Source of the DNA: an uncultured delta proteobacterium
GTDB taxonomy: Bacteria > Desulfobacterota > Binatia > Binatales > Binataceae
Assembly (NCBI GenBank): GCA_963808235.1
Contig: CAWEEQ010000004.1
Coordinates: 1 to 64,000, forward strand
DNA: 64,000 bases
Reading direction: 5' to 3'
A model generated the notes under the pieces. It made no database searches. It worked only from the letters and a program-made list of their open reading frames with translations, and was not told the origin of the DNA. A program made the position numbers and the translations under genes. Below, in pieces: positions 1 to 10,094 of the stretch (within the stretch, counting starts at the first letter, position 1; each line of letters starts with the position of its first letter).

Positions 1-1217
1 TGGCGATCGAACAGCTCGATCGGCGTGCGGTAGCGGTTGCATACGATCGGGCGGCGGTAGCGATTGGTGTCCTCATCGAGATAGCCGTCGCGATCCTGGC
101 GGACGTTCCACGCGAACTCGTCAGCACCGAGATTTTCCTCGCACCAGAGCGCCTCGAAGTAGGTCGCAAAGCCTTCATTGAGCCACGCGTGCGCCCAATC
201 GCGGCAGGTCAGCAGGTCGCCCCACCATTGATGAGCGAGTTCGTGTGCGACCAGCGGATCGCTCTTGAAGTCGAGATGCGCGCGCGCGTCGTGCATCGTA
301 TCGGCGGTCTGCGTGGTTGCCGAAGTGTTTTCCATCCCGCCGAAAATAAAATCACTGACCGCGACCTGCGCGTACTTGGCGTAAGGGTAGGGCACCCCGA
401 TCACGCGCTCGAAAAACTGGATCATGCGCGGAGTGTTGCCAAACGCGCGGCGCGCGTCGTCCTCGCGCCCGGGATGAACGTAGTAGGTGACCGGAGTGTC
501 GCCGGCGTGCTCTTCGATCTCGACGAACTCGCCGGCCGCAAGCGTGATCAGATACGTGGAGTGCGGAACGTCATGGCGCCAATGAAAGGTGCGCGTCTTC
601 GCCGCCGCGTTCGCAGTCGTCGCGATCAACGCGCCATTGGATATCGCGGTGAACTTTTCCGGGACGGTGGCAACTACTTCGCTGGTGGTCCGATCGTTCG
701 GGTAGTCGTAGCAGGGGAACCAGTAGCGCGAGTCCTCGTCTTCACCCTGCGTCCACGCCTCGACGGGCTTGTTGGGATAGCCTTCATCAGGGCCGACGAA
801 ATAAAGGCCGCGCCGCGGCTGCCCGGAATAGTCGATCGCGATCTCAATCTCCTCGCCGGCTCTGAGCGCGCGCGGCAGCGTTATCCGCAGCTTGCGCTCA
901 GAGGTCTCGAAGGTGGCGGGCTCTTGACCGGCGCGAACCGCGCGAATGGTGAGCTCGGTCGAGTCGAACTCGAGCCGATCGAGGGGCCCGGTTATCGCCG
1001 ACAAGCGATGAGTAGCGGTGCCCGAGATCTTTTTCGCGCCGAAATCGAGCGCGACTTCGAGCTTGATATGCTTGATATCGGCGGATCGATCGCGCGCCCA
1101 TTTCGGTTCGACGTGCTCGGGCTGGAACGCTCGGCGCCCGCGGGCGAAACCGGAAGTGAAGGCGTCGCGATCGCCAAGGTCAATGGCCATCTGATCGAGA
1201 AATCGAGGCTTGTGCAT
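1..1217 (-). CDS. M1 family zinc aminopeptidase (runs off the left edge, 3' partial)
   Basis: Manual minus-strand translation from ATG 1217 (MHKPRFLDQ...) gives WTQGE, WFPCYD, GGMEN and HELAHQWWGD...WLNEGFA, the M1 gluzincin motifs. Absent from the ORF track because it has no stop in the window. Confidence 0.93.
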   Translation of the reverse strand, partial: MHKPRFLDQMAIDLGDRDAFTSGFARGRRAFQPEHVEPKWARDRSADIKHIKLEVALDFGAKKISGTATHRLSAITGPLDRLEFDSTELTIRAVRAGQEPATFETSERKLRITLPRALRAGEEIEIAIDYSGQPRRGLYFVGPDEGYPNKPVEAWTQGEDEDSRYWFPCYDYPNDRTTSEVVATVPEKFTAISNGALIATTANAAAKTRTFHWRHDVPHSTYLITLAAGEFVEIEEHAGDTPVTYYVHPGREDDARRAFGNTPRMIQFFERVIGVPYPYAKYAQVAVSDFIFGGMENTSATTQTADTMHDARAHLDFKSDPLVAHELAHQWWGDLLTCRDWAHAWLNEGFATYFEALWCEENLGADEFAWNVRQDRDGYLDEDTNRYRRPIVCNRYRTPIELFDR

Positions 1218-1262
1218 GGCGGTGATCCTACGAACCGCGATGCCCGCGCGCAATCGGCGGGT

Positions 1263-2860
1263 TCACCTGATTTCCAGGACCACGCCTTCGTCGGGGGCGA
1301 GGTGGAGTGGCGACGCGACGGATTCGCCGGTGTGCTCGAGAATCGTGCTGAGCAGGATCTTTCCGGCTGGAGTTTTGATCTCGCGAGGCTCACTGGTGAG
1401 ATTCAGCGCGACAATCAAGTGATTCGCCGCGGTCTCGCGATAAAAGACCAGGCAATCTTCCGGAGCATTCTCGAAACCGCGATAGCTTCCCTCCAGCAGT
1501 GCGGGAGTTTGCCTGCGAAGCCGAATCAGCCGGCGATAGTGCGACAGCATCGAGTGCCGATCGTTCATCTGCGTCGCCATGTTCACAGCCGCGAAGTCGC
1601 CGCACGGGAGCCATGGCGCCGCGGCGCCGGTCGAGAAGCCACCGTTGGCGGCGCTCGACCATTGCATCGGCGAGCGGCATCCGTCGCGGCCAACCGGATC
1701 GAGCTTGCGGCCGGCGGGAATCGTCGCGTCGCGCATTCCGATCTCTTCGCCGTAATAGATGAAGGGCGTGCCGCGCAGCGTCAGCAGCATCATCGCCGCG
1801 ACCCGCGCCCGCGCGTCGCCGTCGCCGGGTCGCGAATAGCGCGAGATGTGCCGCGAAAAGTCGTGATTCGAGAGGGTCCATGTGGGCCACGCGCCGGGCC
1901 CAAAGGATTTTTCGGTCTGCTCGATCGCGCCGCGGAAGCGGCGCGCGTCGTAACGCGCGAGCAGGAAGCGGAAGTTGAATGCGAGCTGAAGCTCGTCGGG
2001 GCGAAGAAAGTCGGCGAGGCGTTCATGCTCGCGCGGCCAGGTCTGCCGACCAGTATTCGATCGTCGGAGGCGCTGCCGTAACTGTCGCTGACGCGTCGAA
2101 ATCCCCGGATGATGTCATGGACCTCGGGCCGGTCGTGGCTATAGAGAGGATCCTGGGAACCTTTTGAGTGCCAGGGAATATCGGGATCAGTCGCGGCGCG
2201 AATAGGATTGTCGCGGAGCTTGTCATCCTTGATCAGCCCGGCGATCACGTCGATGCGAAAGCCGTCGGCTCCGCGGTCGAGCCAGAATCGGATCACGGCG
2301 TGAATTGCCTCGATCACTTCGGGGTTGCGGAAATTAAGGTCGGGCTGCTGCTCGAGGAACATGTGCAAGTACCACGACCGAGTAGCGGCGTCGTACTTCC
2401 AGGCGGAACCGCCGAAGGTGCTCAGCCAGTTGTTGGGTGGACGGTCGGGCGCGCCGGGAACCCAGATGTACCAATCGCGTTTCGGATTCGCCGCCGACGC
2501 GCGCGATTCGACGAACCATGGATGCTGATTCGAGGTATGGTTCGGGACCAGGTCGACGATCACGCGGATACCGCGTCGATGCGCCTCGCTGACCAGGCGA
2601 TCGAAGGCGGCGAGATCGCCCAGGTCCGGATGGATACCGCAGTAGTCGCTTACGTCGTAGCCCCAATCGTCGAGCGGCGACGGGTTGATCGGATTCAGCC
2701 AGATGGCGTCGATGCCGAGCGAGTTCGCGGTGCCGTCATTCAAGTAGTCGAGATGCGCGGTGACGCCGTCGAGGTCACCGATGCCGTCGCCATTCGAATC
2801 GGCGAACGAGCGCGGATAGATCTGGTAGAAGACGGCGCGCTGCCACCACTTGAGAGGCAT
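1263..2860 (-). CDS. GH13 alpha-glucosidase / oligo-1,6-glucosidase family, split by a 1-nt frameshift near 2045
   Basis: WWQRAVFYQIYPRSFADSNGDGIGDL, DLVPNHTS, DGFRIDV; restoring one base in gtc ggc (g)ag acc tgg gives VGETW...LSNHD...LRGTPFIYYGEEIGM...RDGCRSPMQW, continuous to the stop at 1263. Confidence 0.9.
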
Positions 2861-2868
2861 CTACGCGC

Positions 2869-4029
2869 TCAAGCGACGCGCGCGCCCATCAGGTCGGCAA
2901 AGTTGCTCGCGTAGAACCGTTCCTTCGCGGACTCGGAGAGATTCGGCGTCGAGAGTGCGAAGCGCTTGAGCGGATTTCGCCCGCCTTCGACGTGCGGGTA
3001 GTCCGACGAAAACATGCACAGCTCTTCGCCGGCCTGCTCGATGATCCATCCCACGTGCTCATGCGGATACGGCGTGAACCTGAGATTGCGGCGCACGTAA
3101 TCGGAGGCCTTCATAGGCAGGCGCAGATATTTCTCCGATGCCACGAAAGTTTCCTGCGCGATATCGAGGCGGCGCAGCCATGGCACGATCCACATCGCGC
3201 CCTGCTCGATCGAACCTCCCCGCAATTTGGGGAACTGCTCGAAGATACCGTCGAGGATCATCGTGGAGAGAAAGATTTCCGGCATCACATGGATCGCCAT
3301 GAAGTCCTTGGAGCGGATATTCTCGCCGCCGCCGAGGAAGTCGGTGACCGGGCGCTCATTGATGTGAAACGCGCGCGGCACCGGGCGTCCGCCGCCGCCG
3401 ATATGCAGCACGAACGGAACGTCCGCATCCTGCAGGCGCGCCCACACGCCGTTGAAGTCGGGATGACTCGGCGACTTCTTCCCGGGAGGCAGCGACGGGA
3501 TGTGGATCGCGGCGCATCCCAGCTTAATCGCCTCGTCGATTTCCTTTTCCGCAAGCTCGGGGATGTCGAGCGGCACGAAGCCAACCGCGAGCAGACGCTT
3601 GTCGCCAGCGCAGAAGTCCGCGATGGCGCGATTGTGTGCGCGGGTTCCGCCGTAGAGAACCTCGGGCGTCGAGCGCACCTGATCGAACTCGCCCCAGAAA
3701 TGCGTTATCGCAAACGTGGTGAAAACCAACTGGGAATTGAAGCCGAGGAGGTCGAGCGCGTGGCGGCGCTCGTCGGGATCGAAAGCGCCGAGCGCCTCCC
3801 ATCCTTTGCGGAGCATCAGGTTGGCTTCGGCGTCGGCAAGCGCATTGGAATCGGCGCGGCGAGTCGCGGCATGCGCGATCGCTTTTTCGACCAGCCGTCC
3901 TCCCGAGCCAATCGCGAGCGGATGAAGCTTCGCGCGCAGGTCGGGATCGGCGTAGGAGACGAGCCAGTCCTGGGTCTCCATGATGTGGCTGTCGGCGTCA
4001 TTGAAGACTCGACCTTCTGCGTATGGCAT
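2869..4029 (-). CDS. Amidohydrolase family protein (Amidohydro_2 type)
   Basis: DADSH metal motif, VLHIGG, FSSDYPHVEG. Confidence 0.88.
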   Translation of the reverse strand: MPYAEGRVFNDADSHIMETQDWLVSYADPDLRAKLHPLAIGSGGRLVEKAIAHAATRRADSNALADAEANLMLRKGWEALGAFDPDERRHALDLLGFNSQLVFTTFAITHFWGEFDQVRSTPEVLYGGTRAHNRAIADFCAGDKRLLAVGFVPLDIPELAEKEIDEAIKLGCAAIHIPSLPPGKKSPSHPDFNGVWARLQDADVPFVLHIGGGGRPVPRAFHINERPVTDFLGGGENIRSKDFMAIHVMPEIFLSTMILDGIFEQFPKLRGGSIEQGAMWIVPWLRRLDIAQETFVASEKYLRLPMKASDYVRRNLRFTPYPHEHVGWIIEQAGEELCMFSSDYPHVEGGRNPLKRFALSTPNLSESAKERFYASNFADLMGARVA

Positions 4030-4198
4030 CGCGACTACTCCGGATAGTTGAATTCGCGCGGCGAGCTCAGTTACTCACCTGCACGTTTCGCCAATCAAGA
4101 TAGTGAAGGCGGGAGACCGCGTACAGAGCGAGCCGTCAGGTTGTTCCGTGCTGGGCTTATGGGACGGTCGGAAGCCGCGGACACGGCCGAGCGCGGCA

Positions 4199-4399
4199 TC
4201 AGGTACAGTCGCACGCCTCGATGATCACGAAGGAGGTCACAGTGTCGCGGGGATCGACCGGTTGTGCGTGGTCGTCGGCGGTTATCCGGTGATGTTTGTG
4301 GCCATTGGCGCATTCGCGATGAAGCACCGCAGTTCCATCGCTGCGCTGCAGCAGCTTTTTTATGACACCCCTTCCGCATTGTTCGCAAATTTCCGGCAT
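4199..4399 (-). CDS. Small Cys/His-rich hypothetical protein (66 aa)
   Basis: AGAGGA RBS before the ATG; CxxC...CxxxH..H and C-terminal CxC. Confidence 0.5.
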   Translation of the reverse strand: MPEICEQCGRGVIKKLLQRSDGTAVLHRECANGHKHHRITADDHAQPVDPRDTVTSFVIIEACDCT

Positions 4400-4556
4400 A
4401 AATAATTTCCTCTGCCAGCTCTTTCGAGGAGTTTCCCTCGATAGGGCAGGAATTGTGCCGAGCCCGGGAACCCATCATGCTTCGCCATCGGGCGATGAGA
4501 CTGTACAATTCGGCTCTTGAGCCGACCGACGGAATTAAACAAGCCAGGGACCTGAA

Positions 4557-6818
4557 ATTACTTCCAAGAGCATCATAATATCGCTCGCGGCGGCGGGCCT
4601 TTTATTCGGGAACTTCGCTTTGGGAGCGGCAGTGCCGACAACGTCCGATGAGGCCGCGCTCGAACGCAGCTTCGACGCGCTGATTCATCCGGACGATCTG
4701 CGCGACTGGATGAAGCTGCTCGCCGCGCAGCCAAACCATGTCAGCTCTCCGCACGACAAGGCCAACGCGGACCAAATCCGCGCATGGTTCAAGAGCTGGG
4801 GCTGGGACACGCATATCGAGACTTTCTGGGTGCTCTATCCCAAGCCGGTAAGCGAGACCCTGGAGATGGTCGGGCCGCAGAAGTTCAGCGCGACGCTGCA
4901 GGAGCCGCCGATCTCGGGAGACTCCAGCGCGACCGCCACCGATCCCGCGCTCCCCGACTACGTCATTTATCAGCACGACGGCGACGTCACCGCCGGCCTC
5001 GTGTACGTCAACTACGGGATGCCGGACGATTACAAGATGCTCGAGCGCCTTGGCGTCAGCGTCAAGGGCAAGATCGTGATCGCGCGCTACGGTTCCGGAT
5101 GGCGCGGGTCGAAGCCCAAGCTCGCGCAGGATCATGGAGCGATCGGCTGCATCATCTACTCCGACCCGGCGCAGGACGGCTATTCGATTGACGAGACTTA
5201 TCCAAGCGGCCCGATGCGCCCGCCTACCGGCGTACAGCGCGGCTCGGTGCTCGACACGGGACTTTATCCCGGCGATCCGCTGACGCCCGGAATCGGGGCG
5301 ACCAAGGACGCCAAGCGCCTCAAGATCTCCGATGCGCCGACGATCATGAAGATCCCCGTACTGCCGATCTCCTATGCGGACGCGCAGGTTTTCCTCGCGG
5401 CGATGGCAGGTCCGGTGGCTCCCCAGCCGTGGCGCGGCGCGCTGCCGATCACCTATCACGTCGGACCGGGACCTGCGGTCGTCCATCTGGCGGTCAAATC
5501 CGATTGGCAGCTCCAGCCAATCTATGACGTCATCGCGATGATGAAGGGTTCGACCTATCCCGACCAGTGGGTAGTCCGCGGCAATCATCATGACGGCTGG
5601 GTGTTCGGCGCAACGGACCCGTTGTCGGGCCAAGTCGCGCTGCTCGCCGAGGCCAAGGCGTTCGGCGGACTCGAGCAGCAGGGGTGGAGGCCCAAGCGCA
5701 CGATCGTCTACACGAGTTGGGACGCCGAGGAACCCATGCTGCTTGGCTCGACCGAATGGGCGGAGGAGCACGCGAGCGAACTCAAGAAGAACGTGGTCCT
5801 CTACATAAACTCCGACTCAAATGAACGCGGCTTTCTGGGGGTGGGCGGAAGCCACGACTTCCAGCATCTGGTCAACCAGGTCGCGGCCGACGTAGTCGAT
5901 CCGGAGACCGGCGTTTCTATTGGGCAGCGGCTCCGCGCGAAAATGCGGATTGCAGCACTCGCGCCCACTGCCAGCGAGCACGCACGGGCGGAGGCGAAGA
6001 TCGCGGCGGACCCGGACAAGGACTTCCCTATCGAGGCGCTGGGATCGGGCTCCGATTTTTCAGCATTCATCGATCACCTGGGCGTGCCCGCGCTCGATGT
6101 AGGTTTCTACGAGGAGGGACACTCCGGCGGGGTTTACCATTCTCGCTACGACACGTTCGAGCATCACAGCCGCTTCGTCGATCCCGGGTTCGTTTATGAC
6201 GCCTTGCTGGCGAAGACGGTCGGGCGGATAGTGCTGCGCGCCGCCGATTCCGACGTTCCCGTCCAGAACGGGAGCGCTTTCGCGAACGCGGTCTCGGACT
6301 ATCTCGATCAAGTGAAGAAGCTAGCCGATGACGAACGGGAGGAGGCCGAGACGCAAGCCAAGCTGCTGCACGATCGGGCGTTCCAGTTGGCGGCCGATCC
6401 TACCAAGTCGAGCGGCCTGCCCACGGCGCTGGACCGCGTCCCGCACCTGGAGTTCGCGCCACTCGAAGACGCGGTCGATCGCCTGAAGCGCAGCGCGAAG
6501 GGATACGACGATGCGCTCGCGAAGAACTCTCCGGGCCTGTCCGCAGCTCGGCTCGCGCGTGTGCAGGCGCTGATGCTCGGGATCGATCAGACGCTCGCGC
6601 CGGATGTGGGCCTGCCGGGAAGGAGTTGGTACAGGAATCTCATCTACGCGCCCGGCCGCTTCACCGGCTACGAAGCCAAGACGCTACCCGGCGTGCGCGA
6701 GGCGATCGAGGATCGACGCTGGGCAGACGCGAATCGGTACGCAAAGCTCACCGCGGATGCGATCAACGCTTACAGCGATCAGTTGGATAAGGCGACGGCG
6801 GTGCTCAATGGCGGGTGA
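4557..6818 (+). CDS. M28 peptidase, glutamate carboxypeptidase II / transferrin-receptor-like (PA domain, TfR dimerisation domain)
   Basis: YVNYG (PA), VQRGSV, GNHHDGW, SWDAEE, LGSGSD, YHSRYD. Frame open upstream of 4620 encoding a signal peptide (TSKSIIISLAAAGLLFGNFALG) from ATT 4557; start uncertain. Confidence 0.9.
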   Translation: MTSKSIIISLAAAGLLFGNFALGAAVPTTSDEAALERSFDALIHPDDLRDWMKLLAAQPNHVSSPHDKANADQIRAWFKSWGWDTHIETFWVLYPKPVSETLEMVGPQKFSATLQEPPISGDSSATATDPALPDYVIYQHDGDVTAGLVYVNYGMPDDYKMLERLGVSVKGKIVIARYGSGWRGSKPKLAQDHGAIGCIIYSDPAQDGYSIDETYPSGPMRPPTGVQRGSVLDTGLYPGDPLTPGIGATKDAKRLKISDAPTIMKIPVLPISYADAQVFLAAMAGPVAPQPWRGALPITYHVGPGPAVVHLAVKSDWQLQPIYDVIAMMKGSTYPDQWVVRGNHHDGWVFGATDPLSGQVALLAEAKAFGGLEQQGWRPKRTIVYTSWDAEEPMLLGSTEWAEEHASELKKNVVLYINSDSNERGFLGVGGSHDFQHLVNQVAADVVDPETGVSIGQRLRAKMRIAALAPTASEHARAEAKIAADPDKDFPIEALGSGSDFSAFIDHLGVPALDVGFYEEGHSGGVYHSRYDTFEHHSRFVDPGFVYDALLAKTVGRIVLRAADSDVPVQNGSAFANAVSDYLDQVKKLADDEREEAETQAKLLHDRAFQLAADPTKSSGLPTALDRVPHLEFAPLEDAVDRLKRSAKGYDDALAKNSPGLSAARLARVQALMLGIDQTLAPDVGLPGRSWYRNLIYAPGRFTGYEAKTLPGVREAIEDRRWADANRYAKLTADAINAYSDQLDKATAVLNGG

Positions 6819-6832
6819 AGCGGGGCAGGGGA

Positions 6833-6861
6833 AATCACGGGCAGGGACGCCCGTGCCACTA
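6833..6861 (-). repeat. REP-like palindromic element, identical to 55767-55795 in inverted orientation
   Basis: TAGTGGCACGGGCGTCCCTGCCCGTGATT, 29/29 match; hairpin CACGGGC-N6-GCCCGTG just after a gene 3' end. Confidence 0.8.
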
Positions 6862-6904
6862 GACAATCGCTAGATAAGAAGACGGGCTGCCCTAATATCG
6901 ACGA

Positions 6905-7144
6905 TCACTCGAAACCGAGCTCCTTCAAGCGCTCGCGGGCGTCTTTGGCGGCGTCGCGATGGACCATCAGGCGGGTCGGTACCGCGGCGGTCATGCCGAG
7001 CAGGCGCGACGAGCCGGCGTCGAAGACGAATGACTCGATGCCGGCGTCGTTCAGGTAATCGTGAGCCATGCGGACCGGAGTTGGATCGATGCTGGTGAAG
7101 ATTTCTTCGAGTTCGGATGGATCAGGCAATTCTTTATCGGCCAT
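6905..7144 (-). CDS. DUF2007-like putative signal-transducing protein
   Basis: 79 aa; pattern AHDYLNDAGIESFVFD...TRLMVHRDAAKDARERL. Confidence 0.7.
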   Translation of the reverse strand: MADKELPDPSELEEIFTSIDPTPVRMAHDYLNDAGIESFVFDAGSSRLLGMTAAVPTRLMVHRDAAKDARERLKELGFE

Positions 7145-7174
7145 TTTTATTCATATCCTCAGTCGCATGGGCGT

Positions 7175-7810
7175 CTAGTGGGCGGAGGTCGTGGCGGAGC
7201 GCATCCCTTTCACCCGATTATAGATGAGGGCGGCGGCGCCTGCGACCAAGAGTATCGCGATGAGTGCGTCGAAGCGGTGAAAGTAAGGCGCGAGGTTTTC
7301 CCAGTGCTGGCCCAATTTCATGCCGGCGTATGCGAGCACGAGGCACCAGATATATGAGCCGAGCAGGGTGTAGATCGTGAACGGGAGCATCTTCATCCGC
7401 GAGACGCCGGCGGGAAACGCGATGAAAGTGCGGACCACTGGCAGCAGCCTGGCGAGGAATACTGCGAGCGAGCCCCATCGCTCGAAAAAGCGATCGGCGG
7501 CTTCCAGCTCGTGCGGCGCAATTAGAAGATAGCGGCCGTAGCGCTCGATGAAACGGCGCCCGCCGTGCGCGCCGACGTAGTAGGCCAGGTACGAGCCGAG
7601 GAGGCATCCGAGCGCGCCCATGATCGCAACTATCTGCAGGTCGAAACGTCCGCTCGCGACGAGAAATCCGGAGAACGGCATGATCACTTCGGACGGCAGC
7701 GGGATGCATGCGCTCTCAACAGCCATCATGAGAACCACGCCGCCGTAGCCGAGCGTGGAGATCGTCGCGATGATGAAGGCCGAGAGTGTGGAGACAATTT
7801 TATCGAGCAT
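7175..7810 (-). CDS. DedA family membrane protein
   Basis: ESACIPLPSEVIMPFSG, RLLPVVRTFIAFPAG. Confidence 0.92.
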   Translation of the reverse strand: MLDKIVSTLSAFIIATISTLGYGGVVLMMAVESACIPLPSEVIMPFSGFLVASGRFDLQIVAIMGALGCLLGSYLAYYVGAHGGRRFIERYGRYLLIAPHELEAADRFFERWGSLAVFLARLLPVVRTFIAFPAGVSRMKMLPFTIYTLLGSYIWCLVLAYAGMKLGQHWENLAPYFHRFDALIAILLVAGAAALIYNRVKGMRSATTSAH

Positions 7811-7902
7811 GCTTTTTCAAGACTGAGTCCGGGCACAGACTGCCACGGCGCGGGCGCAGTTGCGAGTATCGGCCCCTCGAGAAAAAACTTTTGTTGCGGG
7901 CT

Positions 7903-7931
7903 TGGACATCAAATATCTGATACTGTATATA
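7903..7931 (+). promoter_or_regulatory. Putative sigma70 promoter of gltA
   Basis: TGGACA-N17-TATATA, about 85 bp upstream of ATG 8017. Confidence 0.4.
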
Positions 7932-8016
7932 TGTTGAACGCGAGGAGCATGCGGCGATTTGCGACCCGCCGGAGTCGGCCGCTCGCGACCGTCACCGAGC
8001 CTTAGTGAGGAACATC

Positions 8017-9348
8017 ATGGATAAGAACACGCTGAGCATCACCGACAATCGCACCGGCAAGAAATACGAGGTCCCCATCGAAGAAGGCGACGTCATCCGC
8101 GCCGCGGATCTGCGTCAAATCAAGGTCGGCAAAGACGACTTCGGCCTGATGTCCTACGATCCCGCATTCACAAACACCGCGTCATGCCGCAGCCGGATCA
8201 CGTTCATCGATGGCGACAAGGGAATCCTGCACTACCGCGGATATCCGATCGAGGAGCTGGCCGAGAAGAGCAACTACCTCGAGACGGCGTACCTGATCGT
8301 GAAGGGCGAGCTGCCGGACAAGGAGCACTACGAGAGGTGGGAGAACAATATCAAGATCCACACGATGGTCCATGAAAATATCAAAAAGTTCATGGAGGGT
8401 TACCGCTACGACGCCCATCCAATGGGGATGCTGCTCGGGACGGTCGGCGCGCTGTCGACTTTTTATCCCGACGCGAAGGATATCAACGATCTCGAATCGC
8501 GCCGGCTGCAGACGCGGCGGCTGATCGGGAAGATTCCGACGCTCGCGGCGTTTGCGTATCGGCATACGCGGGGACTTCCGTACGTCTATCCTGACAACGA
8601 GCTCAGCTATACCGGCAACCTGCTCTCGATGCTCTTCAAAATGACCGAGCTCAGGTACAAGCCCGATCCGATCCTCGAACGGGCGCTCGACGTGCTGTTT
8701 ATCCTGCACGCAGACCATGAGCAGAACTGTTCGGCAAACGCGATGCGCGCGGTGGGAAGCTCGCAGCCCGATCCTTACGCGGCGGCGGCCGCGGCAATCG
8801 CGGCGCTCTACGGTCCGCTGCATGGCGGCGCCAACGAGCAGGCAATCCGGATGCTGATGGAGATCGGTTCGGTGTCGGCAATTCCCGCGATGATCCGGCA
8901 GGTGAAGGAGGGCGAGCGGCGCCTGATGGGATTTGGGCATCGCGTTTACAAGAATTACGATCCGCGCGCGAAGATTCTGAAGGAGATGGCGGCGAAGGTC
9001 TTCGAGGTGACCGGGCGCAACCCGCTTATCGATATCGCGATCGAACTCGAGAGAATCGCGCTGCAGGACGATTACTTCATCTCGCATAAGCTCTATCCGA
9101 ACGTGGATTTCTACTCGGGGATCATCTACCAGGCGATGGGATTTCCGATGACGATGTTCCCGGTGCTGTTCGCGATTCCGCGGACCTCGGGATGGATGGC
9201 GCAATGGGCCGAGATGGTCCGCGATTCCGAGCAGAAGATCGCGCGGCCTCGCCAAGTCTATATCGGCGAGGGACTGCGGCATTACACGGCGATCGAATCG
9301 CGCCCGAAACCGACGCAGCGAGAGGACGCGGTGAGCGAAGCTATCTAA
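8017..9348 (+). CDS. gltA: Citrate synthase (type II)
   Basis: YDPAFTNTASC, LHADHEQN, GPLHGGAN, MGFGHRVYKNYDPRA, LYPNVDFYSG; GAGG RBS before ATG 8017. Confidence 0.97.
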   Translation: MDKNTLSITDNRTGKKYEVPIEEGDVIRAADLRQIKVGKDDFGLMSYDPAFTNTASCRSRITFIDGDKGILHYRGYPIEELAEKSNYLETAYLIVKGELPDKEHYERWENNIKIHTMVHENIKKFMEGYRYDAHPMGMLLGTVGALSTFYPDAKDINDLESRRLQTRRLIGKIPTLAAFAYRHTRGLPYVYPDNELSYTGNLLSMLFKMTELRYKPDPILERALDVLFILHADHEQNCSANAMRAVGSSQPDPYAAAAAAIAALYGPLHGGANEQAIRMLMEIGSVSAIPAMIRQVKEGERRLMGFGHRVYKNYDPRAKILKEMAAKVFEVTGRNPLIDIAIELERIALQDDYFISHKLYPNVDFYSGIIYQAMGFPMTMFPVLFAIPRTSGWMAQWAEMVRDSEQKIARPRQVYIGEGLRHYTAIESRPKPTQREDAVSEAI

Positions 9349-9673
9349 CTGCGGCCGCCTAAGAACTTGTCCATTGCGGTGTGCCTGATCGTCAGGACAC
9401 GGACCAGTTTGCGCGGTTCGTCGATTTCGAAGATGACGCGGTACACGTCGCGTTTCGCGCCGTAGAGCGAAGTGTCGGCAATCGTCGTTTTGTCTTTTTG
9501 CTCTCCGGAGCTAGCGGGGCATCGGCGCGGCAGCTCTATTCGAGGGTGTAGATGGCCCGTTCGAGCACGTTGAACGAACGGGCAGCCGTCGCCGAATCGT
9601 CCGTCGAAATTCGTTGATAGAGGTAGTCGAGGTCTCGCTCGGCGCGGAGGGTCAATTCAACGAGGTACGCCAT
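9345..9673 (-). pseudogene. RelE/ParE family toxin, disrupted by a stop and several indels
   Basis: MAYLVELTLRAERDL...LE*, then frame-shifted LPRRCP / LAPES / LYGAKRDVYRVIFEIDE...VRVLTIRH; overlaps the antitoxin stop. Confidence 0.8.
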
Positions 9674-9947
9674 GGCGTCGGCGCAACTCGTTGAACGCTG
9701 TTCGGGCCGGTCGCGCGCGTCGACTGGTGATGTCGTCCACGCCTTGCCGGATAGCCTCGAAAACGTCGGCGCGCGACGCGGCATCGAGCAATCGCTGATA
9801 GGACTCGGCATCCTGCACGACGGCCTCGGCCTTGCCGTTGACGGTCAGGACCACCGGCCGCCTGCTCTTCTTCATCTGTTTGAGAAACTCTCCGGATTTG
9901 CGCCGGAAGGTCGTCAAAGACTGAATGTCCCTGGTGAGATCGAGCAT
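9657..9947 (-). CDS. Phd/YefM family antitoxin
   Basis: DIQSLTTFRR...PVVLTVNGKAEAVVQDAESYQ. Confidence 0.9.
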   Translation of the reverse strand: MLDLTRDIQSLTTFRRKSGEFLKQMKKSRRPVVLTVNGKAEAVVQDAESYQRLLDAASRADVFEAIRQGVDDITSRRARPARTAFNELRRRHGVPR

Positions 9948-10094
9948 CGGCGACTATCTCCTCGAGCACAGCATCTAATTAGGTGCTACCCGGATCGGCC
10001 TGCTTTGTAAAGTCGTGTAGTGTGGCGGGTTCGGCGTGAAACGTCTCGCTAACCCTCTCCATGGAGAAGAAGAAGGGCGTGAGGATTGACAATG

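Noticed and set aside
189-2081. 630-aa plus-strand ORF and similar long antisense ORFs (e.g. 2992-4047, 8182-9282, 21937-23328)
   Set aside because: Shadow frames of real genes on the opposite strand in high-GC DNA; no recognisable motifs.
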